Positions 14,384 through 28,829 of a stretch of 64,000 nucleotides of DNA are shown here, piece by piece. The stretch is taken from the NCBI GenBank assembly GCA_013239625.1, contig MU053873.1, positions 1,502,524-1,566,523 of the forward strand, given 5' to 3'. Below the pieces are notes generated by a model. It did not search any database and was not told the origin of the DNA. It was given only the letters and a program-made list of their open reading frames with translations. Source of the stretch: Lama guanicoe (Eukaryota). The translations under genes and the position numbers were made by a program. Positions within the stretch are counted from its first letter, which is position 1. Every line of letters starts with the position of its first letter.

Positions 14384-14656
14384 ACTCCCTCGAGCCCACT
14401 TATCAGCAGCTTCAGAAAATGAAACTGGACAAGAGTCCCTTTGTGGTCGTGTCTGTGGTTGGGCAGGAACTTCTGACAGCTGGCCATCATGGGGCCTCTG
14501 TGGTTGTCTTAGAAGCCGCTCTGAAGATTGGCACCTGCAGCCTCAAACTGAGAGGTTCTGTTTTCTCTGCCCTGAGCAGTGCTTACTGGTCTCTTGGAAA
14601 CACAGAGAAGAGCACTGGATACATGCAGCAGGACTTGGATGTAGCCAAGACCTTAG
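14384..14656 (+). CDS. TTC28: TTC28 internal coding exon, 273 nt, probably exon 4
   Basis: Polypyrimidine tract ending cAG at 14382-14383 and donor GTagag at 14657. G from the previous exon plus AC gives Asp, then SLEPTYQQLQKMKLDKSPF...QQDLDVAKTL plus 1 nt. Phase 1 to 1. Confidence 0.96.
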
Positions 14657-14979
14657 GTAGAGTGATGCTTCTTTCCTCAATGTCAGCAAGAAAGGAAGTA
14701 ATGCTGGTTAACCTGACATGAATGGGAATAACATGTGCTGTGAAAAGTGGTTGTATCTCTAGAACATTCTCTGTTTTAGAGTACTCGGGTCTTTAGGGAT
14801 TTTTACTTAACGAGGTACCGAGACTTCCAAATGACCAAGAGATATGAATTAACACATTCATTGCCTCCTCAGAGATGTGGGCTCACAGATTTAATACCCC
14901 AAATGATAGTATTTGTGGGTGAATCTTTTACCTTAATTTTAATTTTGCCTACATTAGAATGAACCATCATTTTGTTGGA

Positions 14980-15100
14980 GGAGACAGTATAGTGCAATGG
15001 TTAATGATGTGGACTGTGGAGCCAGATTGCTGAATTTAGAATCCTGGCTCTGCCATTTACTAGCTGTGTGACCTTTGGCAAGTTACCTCAGTCCTCTGTG
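14980..15100 (+). mobile_element. MIR SINE fragment
   Basis: agacagtatagtgcaatggttaa...aatcctggctctgccatttactagctgtgtgacctttggcaagtta matches the MIR core. Confidence 0.8.
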
Positions 15101-15516
15101 CTGTGGTGGTTTATGAAAATCATTGCAGTGATTATTCAAGGACTGGCAGGATTGCAGTAAGAGAAGGGATGTGGTGAGTCTGTTGTCAGCATACTAGTAA
15201 AGAAGCAATATGTTATGGTAGGTTTGAAGTCAAGTGACCAAACCAACAAGCTGGTGGTTGTTCAGAACCAAAGCAATGAGGCGACTCAAACAGCAGCTGG
15301 TTTGCGTCAAGGTTGTTAACCTCTCATTTCCGGGACACTCTAGGACCATAACTCCCCACATAGAGTCTTGTAGAAGAAGAAAATATTTTTCTAAAAGAAG
15401 GCAAGTGAAATCTTAGCTAGTAGATCTATGGCTTTTAAATTAAGATGTCCATTATATATTACAAATAATGCTGTAACTTAGAGAAATTTTATTTATTTAT
15501 TTTAAACCCGATTCAG

Positions 15517-15647
15517 GTGACCAGACTGGAGAATGCCGAGCTCACGGAAATCTGGGCTCTGCATTCTTCTCCAAAGGAAATTACCGGGAGGCTCTCACTA
15601 ACCACAGGCATCAGTTGGTGCTTGCCATGAAACTCAAGGATCGAGAG
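15517..15647 (+). CDS. TTC28: TTC28 internal coding exon, 131 nt, probably exon 5 (not in the ORF track)
   Basis: Acceptor attcAG at 15515-15516 and donor GTagga at 15648. G plus GT gives Gly, then DQTGECRAHGNLGSAFFSKGNYREALTNHRHQLVLAMKLKDRE, a TPR repeat. Phase 1 to 0, so the frame is continuous across all three exons (552 nt). Confidence 0.95.
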
Positions 15648-18600
15648 GTAGGAATTTTATCTGCAGACGAAAAGCAGTTTCTTGAAATATATTTCCAATT
15701 TTTTTTTTTGGCTGTTCAAATATTTTAGGTAACTTAAAACATTACTTTCAGAAGTTGATAATTATTGCTTTTACTTTCGTCAACAATCAGATGTTGGATA
15801 TCTGCTACGTACAGTCCTTAGGGACAAAGAGATAAGACATGGTCCCTGACCTCAGGCTCTGACAGCTTGGTCAGATGCATTGTTCTTATTCTCTTCAAAG
15901 GTCCTGTGGAGTAGACGTATGTAAAATTAGCAAAAAGCTATGTCATCATGATATATTTATTAAATTAAAGTAGCGTACATTATGCTTTATCCGAGATGGA
16001 GTATTACTACTGTGAATCCTTTACGTTGTTTCTTTGGTGTATTTTTAACTCAGGTGGTAGAAGCCTATTAAGGTGAGAGGCCTGAATTGTAATGATAAAG
16101 AAATATCATTCTAATCTTTTCTAGATAAATGAAATGTAATATTCCCTGAAACTTGATATCCAGTAGGTGCAACATGATGGTGCCTACACAGTGACAAGAG
16201 GGTGGGTTTCTCATGAAATAGATCCAGATTTGGATCCTTGCTCAAGTTCTTCCTGGCTCTGGGATCTTGGGAAAATCATTACTTCAGACTTCTCTTTGCT
16301 TGTGATTTCTTATTCAGAAAATGATGATTCTGTTTATTCTATACACAGTTGTGATAAGACTATAAATAATACATGTAAAGTACCTAGCTTGGTACCTGAA
16401 ATTCCATAATGAAATTCCATAAATGGTAGTAATAATATAATATTATAAATAAGAAGGAGAAGGTTAATAACAGAGGCAATAATAAATTTAACTGTGTGTT
16501 GGGAAATATGTTTAGTTATATTTACATCTTAGAATTTCACTATAGGACATTATGGAGTTTAATTATATGGTTCAAATGACCCGGCATCTTCCTGTCTCTA
16601 GAACATAGTCAGGTACTAGAAAGAAATTGGGAAAGAAAAAAGCCTTTACTCCAAGGCATGCTGGAATTTCCCCTTGGGAAGGCTGGACTTCTACAGAGTC
16701 TCTCTCATCCATGGGTGTCGAAAAAAGCCTTTGAAAGCTACCAAAACAGACCATTCACAGGCCGTGGACTTCTGACAGTTTTATTCCCAAGAAAATTACC
16801 TCAACCCTTTTGTCTTTGTGTCTTGACTCTTAGTTTACAAAGAATTCTTATAAGCCAGATGATCTGATTTCTTAATGTTAAGAGGATGAAAAGAGGGATC
16901 CTATTTCTAGAGGCGGGTATACTGATGGCATGGAGCAGTGAGAGCCAATTTTAAGAACTAAAACAGCATAACTATTTAGATAGGGCCACTTAGTGAAGGA
17001 ACAGATAGCTATACATATGTCCAGAGATGGATTTGTATTCTGTTTTCCTAATCTTTGAGATGTATATGTTGGCCCAATTACTAGATAGGGCAGAATTTTA
17101 ATTAGGGAAATAGGGTTGTGATGTTAAAAAGGAGAAGAGAATTTTTTCTGCCTTCCCCTTTCTTAATGGTGTAACTTTCTACAGCCTATGTTACCTAGAT
17201 TTCATAAATCTTTGCTGTACAATGGATTATTAAGAAATCATTGAATTATAAGGATGGAAGGGGACTTGAGAGAATACTGGTACCAGTTCCCTCCCCAGAA
17301 CTTTCCCATCTTAGAGTTGCCACCTACCACAGACTCTCTCTTTGCCTTCCTCTGGCCTCTGCAGTCCACAAGCCTGCCTGCTGAGAAATTTTCCTCGTGT
17401 ACAATCCTCTCTCAGGGTGAGAGACCCTGAGACTGATTTTTAAACCTATTTCCCTTTTCCTCTCTAATGATAGAGAAGGTCCAGCTACTGTAGTTAAGGG
17501 TCTGTGGACTCTCCTTTACTGTTTAAAATTCCATTCATCTTCTCCTCAAAGTTTCTGATTATCAAAACCTTAGTAATTTCCACAGCCTTCTCTGGTTGTT
17601 CCCCCTTCCCTCTAGCCCACTCTGTTGCCAGTTAGCTGTAGCTTGACCACAGGAGAAGCCCTGTTCTGGGATGTTCTGCTGTCTAGCCCATGCTTCTGCT
17701 CTGTGTTGCTGAAACATACCTGATTTCTAGACTGATCTATAGAATTTCTCTTTTCTTTCACCGTGTCTCTTCTGTTGTGTTTGCCTATGGAATTGTAGGG
17801 TACTATTAATTTTCTTGAGAATTTTAATGTTATTTTCTTACCATTTCTCTTAATTTTTAAGGTTATATTGGAGTGCTGCTTCTTACCCGCCTGCAATTAA
17901 CTGAAATCTTTATTTCTACATCCCTGAAACTAACCATCAGTTGTTAAGATTGGTGTTAATATTCGTTCAGAACTTAAAGGAATATACAATATGTCTAACA
18001 GGAGCTATTGCAATAATATGTATTTTATTTAGATTCAGAGTTTTAGTTGGCCAGTCTTGTGGGATTTAATGCAGTTAAGTATGACGTCTGCTCACGAAGC
18101 ACCTGACGTGTATGTGGCTCTGTGCTGAGGGCTCAGGGTCTAGGCACTGGGTGTGTGGTCACCCCCCTGCCCTCACCGCCAAGAGGCTTGTGTTCCCTTT
18201 GAACATAAATATTAAAACACTGCTTGAGCAATAAATGATGCTCTCTTAATCGCTGCCAAAATTCTGGAATTCCAGAGGAGAGAGCAACCAGTACAGACTT
18301 GAGGGAACTTCATGGAACAGGTACAACTCAAGTTGGCTTGAGTGAGATGTAGAAATTGGCATATGGGGTTCAAAACCTGGCTAGCATATTAGTCATGTTT
18401 TGCTGAGTGATGAGATAGTTGATTCCTTTAGCAAAGAACAGATACTTTCCGCCATCCTGTTATATATGTTATGTATATATAGTCTATTATGGTTTTGTTT
18501 TTCGTAAGTAGGAGTATGATATTGTTTCCCAAATGTTTTTTCACTTAATAGTCTTGAACCCCTTTTCATGTTAGCACATACAGATCAACCATGTTCTTTT

Positions 18601-20519
18601 GAACTTCTGTGTATTTATATATATTATGGATAAACCATTCATCTGTGATGGAATGTTCAGGGAGGATTTTTCCTTTTACAAACATGGTTGCGGTGAAAAA
18701 GACCTTTTACAAGTCTCTTTGTAGATGTTTAGGAGGAGAGTAGTATGGAGCAAGGGGGATCTCTGGGTCAACAAGTATTATACATATTTTAAATTAAAAG
18801 ATTTTCTTAATTTGCTCACCACAAAGGCTCTGTAAACTCATAAGCACTTCATATTAATCTTTAGATTTTTTTCAAATTGATTGACAGACTAAAGCCCTTA
18901 ATGATAACTCAGTTACAGTGCTTACTGATTATCTGTAATGGTGGTCCTCTCCCCATTTTAACTGGCAGCTTCTGGAAGGAAAGGAGAATAGCTTATTTAT
19001 ATTGACTATCTCATTCATTTGTTCATTCAACACATGTTTACTTGGTGACTTGGTACTTAACTGTGTGCCAGGTGATAAATGCCCTTGGGTCTAAAGATAA
19101 ATATACCATTGTTTCTTTCCCTCAAGGTGCTCAAATCTTCTGTCAGACCTACTGTAGTGTTCCAGTTCAGTGCTGATAAATACTTAGCGCCTGGAGGAAA
19201 AATGTTGAGGGTATACAGTAGGTAATGGGTGCTTTCCTCTCCTTGGTTCTTATGAATAGTCGTCTGTGTTTTACTCAGATCTGGAGAGGAAACCTTCTAA
19301 AGCCCAATAGTAAATACCAACTAAATTTACTCATTTTTTTCTTCAATTGCTTTGCTGTCAGTAATAACTAAAATTTAAAATTCACATTTAATAAGGCTAC
19401 TTTTTATATTCTCGTAATGCCTCCAACATGAAAGTTTTTTAAAATGAAATTTCATTTTAAAGGTAAATCATAATTGTTATCAATTTGTAACACTTGTGGG
19501 TTCACAGGAACAGTTACTGTCCCCCCAAAAAGACTACTTGACTTTGTGAGAAAATCAAGCCTTTTGGATTTCCTTCAGGATGTGGCTACAGGAAATTAAT
19601 TAGATGTTTTTTAATGACATCATCCTGACCACAGCACTTTCTCCGAAAACAATGCTGTTTTTCTTGGAGCTTTCTGCAGACATTTTCTACACCATGTATG
19701 TTAGTATATTAGTAATGCTGGTGTGAAATCCACACAAAGGTTTATGGGATGCGTGTGTGTGTGAGACAGAGACAGAGAGCAAGAATGTAGTGAGGTAACC
19801 ACTTAACTTCCAGTAGTACAAGAGAGTGGGTTAAAAGGTAAAAAACATTCCATTTTAGTCGAGAGTCATATCCTCACAGGGAGTATTAAGTTCAGGAGGG
19901 GATGCTTGGCAACCTTTACAGGGGTGTGTATCTTACAGTCTTTTGAGAAACAAACAAGATTGTTAAGTAGTAACTCTTCAAATCACTGAAGACTGTAGGA
20001 CTTGGAAAGGAGACACTTGGTGGAGAGTGGAGGTTAGATATCAGTTTCTTGATTGTGCTCTTTGTATTTTGTGTAAAACGGCTGAGTCAGACCATCAGGG
20101 TTTATAATGAGTTAGAAAAAGCTCTTTTTCTCTGACTGATTAAATAATTATTACCTCAAAGGAAATAGCACACCCAGTGAATATGTGTTTATGTATGTGT
20201 ACTAAATGATATGTTTGCAAATCATTCTGCCCTCAACTGTTCCATTTTTTTCCAACTATACTTTTTTAGGTTCTAATTTATCACACTTACCTATTACATC
20301 TTTGTTATGATTACATTGTCCTCTCCTAGCCATAGCATTTTGCATTCTCTTCCTCTACAGGGTAGAAGGAGCTTCAGACTAGCAACTGGGAAAGATAAAT
20401 TTGAATCCTGGTGTTGCCACTGGTGGTCATATTTCATGGGTAGACCCCTGCTGGAAACTCTCTTAGTTACTGGATCACAGTCTGTAAACAGAAAGGCCAT
20501 AACAGATTATCTCTAGAGT

Positions 20520-20730
20520 CATTTTGCCTGATGAAGTGACCATTGGCTACATGTGGTTATTTTAAATTAATTAGAATTAAATAAAGTAAAAAAAATCATT
20601 CCTCCAATCACAGTAACCACATTTTAAGAGCCTAGTAGCCTGTGTGCCTAGTGGCTATCATATTGGACAACCAATATTGGATAATAGAAAAAAACCTATT
20701 ATCTCAGAAAGTTCTATTGAATAGTGTTAT
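20520..20730. mobile_element. MER33-like hAT-Charlie element
   Basis: ggctacatgtggttattttaaattaatt...accacatttt...ctagtggctatcatattggaca...agaaagttctattgaatagtg. Confidence 0.7.
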
Positions 20731-21771
20731 TAGAGTCTCTTGTGGCTCTAATGTTTAATCAGAAGACCGAAAGTACATCAATGTGAATCACAGAACACCT
20801 TCTTTTTTCCATAGTACCTGCTAATTATAGGAAAATCATCTGTATTCTCTGTAGATACACAGGAAAAGAAGGAAAGTTCAGTTTCTAATAATGGCAAAGT
20901 AGCTTATATCAGCCCAGCCACACATAGCAATTATAAACACTAAGCAAACTATAAAATAAAAAAAAAGAAACTATGTGAAGGTGATAGAGAGTGACCAAAA
21001 GCAGGCAGAAATTGCAGGAGAATTAACATTTGGAAGAAGGGAATAACACTAGATGAATTTCCTTTTAATCCTTTTTTTGCTAGAGTGCCAGCACCAGCCT
21101 CACAGTGCTACTAAAACTTCTGTAGAAACCTACGGTTTTATTGGTGTGAAATCAGAGGACAGAGTTTGGGCTTACAACAGCAACCAGGAAGTGAGAAGGA
21201 AACCCCAAAAAGGAGAGAGCTACATAAGAGAACCTCAAAATCTGTGTATAAAATCTTACCATATCCGAGTAATCCCTGAAGTAAGCATGTGGGGGCAGAT
21301 TCCAAACAACTCGGCTAAGGCTGAAAGAAACTGAACAGAGATTTCAGTTGCTGCTCACTTCAGAAAATCTTGAAAGTAACCAGGATAAATGATGTGTTAG
21401 AAAGAGGGAGCAACAATACAAATGATGGCTGATTTCTTATAAGAAATAATGGAGTAGGGAAGACAGTGGAACAAGATTTTCAGAATGTTGAAAGAAATAA
21501 ACCCCCAAGCCCAAAACACTGTCAACCTGGAATTCCATACCCAGCAAAAATAATTTTTGCGAATGAAAGCAAAATCAAGACGTTTTCAGATAAGTGAAAA
21601 CCAAGAAAATTATCAACAGACTTGAACTATAAGAAATGCTAAGGGAAGGTTTTCAGGCTGTTGGAAAATGATATCAAATGGAAACTCAGATCTTTAAGAA
21701 GGAAGAATAGCTCCAGAAGTGATACATATGTTGGTAAATATAAAGGACTACTTTTACCTTTTTTCCTCATA

Positions 21772-21922
21772 CAGTCAGCCCTCCTTATCTGAGTGGGTTC
21801 TGCATCAGCAGATCCAACCAACCTGGACTGATTCACATTTTATATAAAGGACTTGAGCTTTGTAGATGTTGGTATCCACAGGGGTCCTGCAACCAATCCC
21901 CTGCAGATACTGAGGATGACTA
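21772..21922. mobile_element. MER2-like (Tigger group) short element nested in the old L1M
   Basis: TA, then CAGTCAGCCCTC...GAGGATGACTA, then TA: imperfect inverted repeats with a TA duplication. Internal ggggtcctgcaaccaatcccctgcagatac is typical of MER2. Confidence 0.75.
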
Positions 21923-22037
21923 TATTTCTTTACAATGTGTATGTCTGTTTAAAGCAAAATTATAACATTAAATTGTAGGATGCACAGCATACTTGCATAT
22001 ATGTTTGATTCTCATATGTTGCTGTTGGAAATGTGAA

Positions 22038-22106
22038 ACAGTATGAGCACTTTATTATTATTATTTATTATTATTATTATTTTTTTTTTACAGTATGAGC
22101 ACTTTA
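22038..22106 (-). repeat. 35-bp (TTA)n/poly-T insert flanked by a perfect 17-bp direct repeat
   Basis: ACAGTATGAGCACTTTA at 22038-22054 and 22090-22106. Confidence 0.9.
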
Positions 22107-25100
22107 GAAAAAGGTCCTTGCAGTTTCTTTAAAATGGAAACATACACTGGCCCTGTGGTCCAGCAAATCTACTCCTAGGTATTTACCACAGAGAGTTGAA
22201 AACATAAGTCCACAAAATGACTTATTCCAGAATGTTTATAGCATTTTAATTCATAATAGAAAAATCTGAGAATAGCCCAGGTGTCCTTCAGTGGAAGAAT
22301 AGATATATAAAGTGCCATTTAGTTGTAAAATACATGCAACAAAACAAACCAATGGTTGCCTTTGGGAGCAGAAGTGAGGGCAGGGACTGACTGGAAAGGG
22401 CTACAAATGGACTTCCAGGATGATGGGAATGTTTTATCTCTTAATATACATTTGGGTTACCTGGATGTATTCATTTGTCAAAACTCATCAAATGATAACA
22501 TTTAAAAATCTATGCTTTTCACTGTGTATAAATTTTTCATAAAAAAGTAAATACTGAACTCCAGTTAGTGATATATATGCTGAAGTATTTGAGGAAAAGT
22601 ATACTAATATCTGAAACTCACTTTAAATTGTTTAAAAAAAAAACTGATGAAAAGATGTATAGATATGTGACAAAGCACATTTAACAGTAGCACATTTAAT
22701 AAAAGATGTTAGTAATTGAAGAATCTTAATGAGGATATATAACTATTTATTGTGTAATTCTTTCAAGTTTTCTGTATCTTTGTAATTTTTCACCATGAAA
22801 TGTTGGAAAAAACAAAGAGGATTTAGTGGTGAAAGAGGGATGAGCGGTAATTCTAGTGATCAGACCTCTTGGTTGGCGTGGACCTATATGGAGTAAATTT
22901 CACTGGATGCCCCTGTCTCTGCACCTCCTCCCCGCCCCCATGCCAAGAAAACAAAATCACACCACAGCCCTTTTCCTTCCTGGCTGTATATACACAGTAT
23001 ATCCTGGAATACCATCCCAGCAAAATATTCACATATGGGTGAAACCAGTTTCAACTAAATGTTAGAAACCGATGAATTGCACAGTGGCCTCCTAGGGAGG
23101 TTTGGATGGTGTGAGCAGAAACAGGGAGTGACAGTCTCTTCAACTCCAACTCTGCTTTAGAGAAGGTGGGAGTGCTCACCTTGATTGCATGGCCAGTGGC
23201 CTTTTCTTATAGCATTGGCTGTGGGGAGCCATGTCTTCTTTGCAAAAAGGTGATAGGATGGGGCAGGAAATACTACTTCATGCAATTTAATAAAAATCAC
23301 CAGAGCTAACCCTCTCTTTTTATCTTAAGAAATAGGGAGCCTATAGAAATGAAGTGACGTCCCCCAAGATCAATAGTGACTTGCTTAAATTTGTTGTATT
23401 CAAGAATAGTGGGCTTTTTTTTTTATCAAGATGTGGCACTTCCAAAGATCCTGAATTTGTTAAATATTTTCTCTATGATACAATTTGTAGAAAGTTAAGA
23501 GTCCAAGTCATTTAAAATAATGATTATCAGTGATAATTGTTATATGTATATACTCAGTGTTTACCATTTATAAATAATTTCTCATTTTCTTTTGCATTAT
23601 TTCATGTTATTGCTGCAAAAACCCAGAGCTTGTATTTGGATTTCAGGAATGGATTTTTGTATAGTTTGATATAGTTCAGTAATTTCCCAGAGAAATGGGC
23701 TCCCTGAGCTACACCAGAAGTCTTCTGCTTGATAATGATGTGCTACCCATATTAGGGACTATGCACTGAACCAAGAGCTGAAATGTGAGCATAAAGGGTC
23801 AAAATTAAGAGACTCAGAAACAGACAGAACTCGACATACTGGAGACTGCAGCAGAATCTGAGTGCTCTTGTTCCTGAAGGTACTGATGACAGTTTGTAAT
23901 GCTATGATGCTGTCGTTCCCGTGTGGTGGGTGGCAAGCTCTCTTGACAAACAGCTGCTAGATTAACTTGCACTTCTTTGATTTTTAACTTTACATTTATT
24001 TATTTTGGGGATCATGGAAACTTGGAGAAACTGAAGCAGATTAGTGGTATTATTCCTGTTTTAGAGATGAGAATACTAAGGCTTAAAGAGGATGGGTGAT
24101 TTTTCTTTGGGCCACACAGCTAATGAATGTTAGAATTATGGTTTTAGAAAATGATATAAAATACTGGTTTTGGAAAACAATATAAAATATGTTCTGCTAG
24201 CTGCTTGGAATAGAATTTTTGGCACAAATCATTAATCCTTGCTGAAATGAAATTTATCCTGTGTGTCCAGTTTTTAAAAAGATAATTTCCAAAACAAAAA
24301 CAGTAACAAAAACCATAATTTCCTACAGTCCATTTTAATTTTGTAAGGACATCACTGAGATTTGTTTAATTCTATGTCATTGTGGGGTAGAACAATTAAA
24401 ATCTGATGAGAATACATTGTAAGAACAGTGCCCTTCCTGTCCACTGCTACAGATGATCCAAATTAGGAATCTTATTTTCAATTTTAGTTCACTATTGGGA
24501 GGAGAAAGTTGGTTTTCAAAGCAGTAATCAGAATCTTTTATTCTCCCTGAATAAAAGCACTTTCCTCTAATTACCATAAAACATGTATAAATCTCGAAGT
24601 TCTCCTTTACTACAGAGAAATCACATCCCAAAGAAATCACCATTAAATTGCTATTTCTTTTATTCCTTAATCCACATTCTTTTCCAGACTCGCTAGCCAG
24701 GTGTCTGCTGGTTTCTGGAGGTATGTTAGAACATATCTGAGTCTTTCCTGGAAGATAGAAGTTGAGAATGCTAAGAATCTAATTTATTTATTTATTTATT
24801 TATTTTTACCATTTCAGTCTCTGATAACACTTTAATAATTAATCAGTTAATTAAACTGATTCTATTTAGAATTGGTGGTAATTGGTTAAGCCTAAATTTT
24901 TACTTTTTAACTATCTTTTAGGAGGTTTCACTAGGCAAGCCAAGAGGCTGATTACAGGATGAATAAATACTGAAGACAACAAGCATTCCCAAATTCTCTA
25001 GAAATATGAGAATTAACTATGCCTATCAAAATTTATAAACAGAATGTGATTAAGATCAAATAGACTTTGGTTGAGTCCTCACCCTGACACTTACCTGGTT

Positions 25101-28100
25101 ATGTGACCTGGAGTAAGTTACTTAAATTTTTTAAGCCCCAGTTTCCTAATCCATAATATAGGGATAAAATGCAATAAAAGGGTTACCACAGAGCATTTGG
25201 TCAGCTGGTAAGCCGCAGGAGCCACTGCCACCATCCTCATCATCTTCATCCTCCTGCTCTAGCCAGGAAGCTGTCAGAAGTCCTAGTTACTAAGTACACT
25301 TGACAGTATCACAGTTCTACCTATTTATCTGATCAGATCTTACTGCTAATTCAGATTCAGCTCTCTCCTGAATCCATATTCAGTGAGGTACTTATTTTTC
25401 CTTTGATATTTTATTACTTGATCCCAGGGGCTTAGGCTAACCCAGATTTGAGTGTTGATACGTTTGAAGTATTCCTGTGATAAAGCAGTGGTGGCAATCC
25501 CTGTTTTGTTGATCTCTTAGCCATTTTTAATACCGTCCTCTAAAGCCTGTCCCTGTCTGTGTATCAACTTCTGTGCTTATTGTAATCTAATGCTGCTTCA
25601 TCCCAGGGATCAGAGCCATTTGGCCAGCCTTTCCAAACCAAATCTAACAGCTCCCGCCTTGTACCCTATCTACTGATGGGATATTTTCGCCACTTCAGTA
25701 TCATAAGAGAGTGGAGTGGTAGAAAGACAGCATAGTTTGAAAAAAATTTTTTTAAGATTCCTTTTCTCTTACAATAGGTTAAATAGTAGTAGGTTAAAAG
25801 CCTATTACTTTTCTCTACCGCAGGATACCCTTACTGTCCCCCCTCCCCCCCAAAAAGCAGCTGGAGTGCCTTCTTACATAAAGGAGAGGAAGAATGGGGC
25901 ATTTTCATGTAAGAGCAAATATAAGGTCAAGTATGAGTATTTCTGTTAGTGACTTTTTCCCAACGTTCAGCAGAGTCTTATAAGAGTTTTCTTTATTAAA
26001 TTACTGGAATGGAAAACTATTCAATACCTGTAAAGCCTGTACTGGGTTTCTGGTTCCTAACATTGTTCAGTTATAAAGCCACTTTTACTGCATGAGATCC
26101 TGTAAGAAAATGATTAGGAAAAAACCTGCCAAACCAGTGAGATTGCTTTATTAACAGATGTATCACAAACCATGCAGTCCCAACTTTAAGCCTGAGGTAC
26201 TTACCAGGCCCCAGCTGTTGTGGGCTCTGAACTTCAGTTTTCATCTTACTAATACCACGGGAATGCCATCAACACGGTTTATTGAAATTAGTTTTTACTT
26301 TTCTTCTCTTCCTGTAGGTGTGTGGTAGTTATAAAATAGTGACTATCTTGAGGGTAAAGATGGCTCAGACTCTTGGGCTCACTCTTCTGTAGTACTGGCC
26401 ATGTCCCCACTTCCTTGGTAGTCTTGAACTTCAGGTTTCCTATTCCTAGTCCCATGTGATTGTTGAAAGCTCTGCTAAGTTTCTGTGCTTCACAGTGGCC
26501 ACTTTATATTTTGAGCTCTCAACCTTTTCCCCATGACTCTTTTGAATTGGAAATTTTCTCCAGAGAATGTAAGGCACACCTCAATGAGTTTCCCTTTGTC
26601 CAGTGTCTTGGTCTCAAATCTTGGGTGCCTTGATACCACTTCAGCCCTTTAAATGGAGTTTTTAATCCATTTTTTTCATTTTTTATAGTTATTCTTGGCG
26701 AAGGAATTCTTCTTCTACAAACTAGTCTGTCATAGCTAGAAGTCATTTATTACGTGCTTTTTACTAATGAATATTTTGATTCCTGATGTTTATTTATTTA
26801 GAATCACAACTTTTGGGTCAGGCAAGGATCTTAGAGAGCACCTTGTCCTCATTTTATAGCTGAGACAGCAAAGACCCTGAGACAGAGAGGCCTGCCCAAG
26901 GACATACAGTTGTTCTCATATCAGGGACTCTCAACTTGTAGTCCATTGGGTTTCACACTGCATCACTGGTAAAACAGTATTTGTGTCTTCTAGTAACTTA
27001 CTGAGGCCATAAACCATGTCTAACCGAGATTATATAAAATGAACTCAACTTTGGCCTGGTTGAGTGATGATACTGCTCTGATGGGTCATATTATGAAAAA
27101 AGAGCTTACATTTTGAAGTTGTGGTAATATTGTCAAATTGCAGGCACATTCCTGAAGCTCTGTCTGTACTATTAACACCCACATTTAAAAGTCGAAAGTT
27201 CTTTTTTTCCCCCTTTTGTTAAGCTCTACATGTGAAACAATTTTTTTTTCAATCTAGAGTGAATAATTCATAAAGAACATTACCAGATTATGCCCATTTG
27301 TCATGCTATAGAGGCGTAGTTATTAACTACAATAGCTCAATGCAGAGGTTATGCCAGAGAAGAATAAGGTATATATGACTGTGGAATCCCATACTGTCAA
27401 AGGGGGCTAAACCAAAGAATATTGTTTTGGGTTTTTGCAGTTTACTTTCAGAATGTTCAAATAATCTTAACCTTATTTCTTTTATCAGTCAAGTTGATAG
27501 CTCCTCTTACAAAGGATAAACTTATTTGTAAATTTGGAGGATACACTGTAGAATGAATGGAGCTGACTTTGGCTAAAGAGTTTGATCTGATTTATGGATC
27601 CCACAGAGGAGCCACTGGCAGGGCTTTGTGGTGGCACAGCCTGATTACCTGCTTCCTCATGCTCTGCATGGGTGTATAAAGTGGCATATCTATTTGCCTT
27701 TTGGTTTTTATGTTAGGAAAAGTGAAACACAGGTAATGAAAATAGGTAAATAGAAAAGGACATTAATGGGGAATAAGCTTTGCTTAGTGTTTGACCTCTG
27801 TACTGTATAAAAACTACTTTAAATTGTTTTGTTTTGTTTTGTTTTTAATGACAATGTAATCTGTACTTGGTGATAGTCTGAGAAAGAGTTCTAGTGTTGC
27901 TTTGGGCTTTCAGCTTCTCCACACAGAGTACATTTGTTAGGCAATGTCTGATACAGGGATTATTACTGTTTAATAGTATTGCGAGAGCCATACTTTGATG
28001 TGCTATGACTTTCTCATCTCTCTCTATTTTGTTTCGGAATGAATGTAGTGCTGAAGAGCAGCATTTCCAATATTTGTTTTTTTTTTAAATGCAGTTTCAG

Positions 28101-28829
28101 CATTCAGATGCTTCCCCAACATGTCTCTTTTTGTGTTTTGCCTTTTTTTTTTTTTGGTAAGAATTAAAGGAATAATAAATGAAGATAGTTAAGGTAAGCA
28201 ACAGGAAATAAATCAGACATGTAAGAATTCTAGAAACATGGAATTTTAGAGGTGGAATGACTTTGGGAGATCATCTGTAGCACTCTTCTCATTTTGTAGA
28301 TGAAGAAACCAAGGTGTGTGGGTTGTCTGTGGAGCTGATTAGAAGTGGATTTGGAACTAATCTGCAGGCCCTCCGACTCCCAACTCAATGTTCTTATCAT
28401 CAGTTGGGCTTACTCTTCCGCATGTGTTTTCTTCCAACTTAAAGTCGGGGTGCTTTGGTATTTATCACTGAGCAGCTTGGGTTCTGTCTTGGCCTTTTCT
28501 GATTACAGAGATTGATTGTGATGGTGCTGGTTGGGCCCAGGGCTTTTAATTGTCACTTTCCTATGTGAGAGCTCTGCTTATCTCAGTTATTAAAAGTAAG
28601 TTTCTAAGAAAAGTACATGGTTCTCCCCCCATTGCTTCATAAATGTATTTTTCCCAATAAACTATCTTTGAAAACCACTCTACTACTTCAAACTTTTTTT
28701 TTCTAATTTGCATAAATTCAGAGCCAGTCTTTCTGAAAGCTTTCATCCCAAAGTTACATGTAGAATGACATGATGTAAATTTGGCATTTTTTTCATGCAA
28801 GGTCTTGTTCACATCATGGGTTATTTTAT

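Larger units (their letters stand above)
20900..22810 (+). mobile_element. Ancient decayed L1M (L1MC/MD-like) fragments: 5' region, ORF1 end and spacer, ORF2 3' end and 3'UTR
   Basis: ORF1 C-terminus-like gtcaacctggaattccatacccagcaaaa, ORF2-end-like ccagcaaatctactcctaggtatttacc and L1M 3'UTR-like gatgatgggaatgtttt...tttgtcaaaactcatc. No long ORF remains. Confidence 0.65.

Noticed and set aside
14263..14721. 152-aa ORF as a stand-alone gene
   Set aside because: It is the 273-nt TTC28 exon extended by intronic read-through on both sides.
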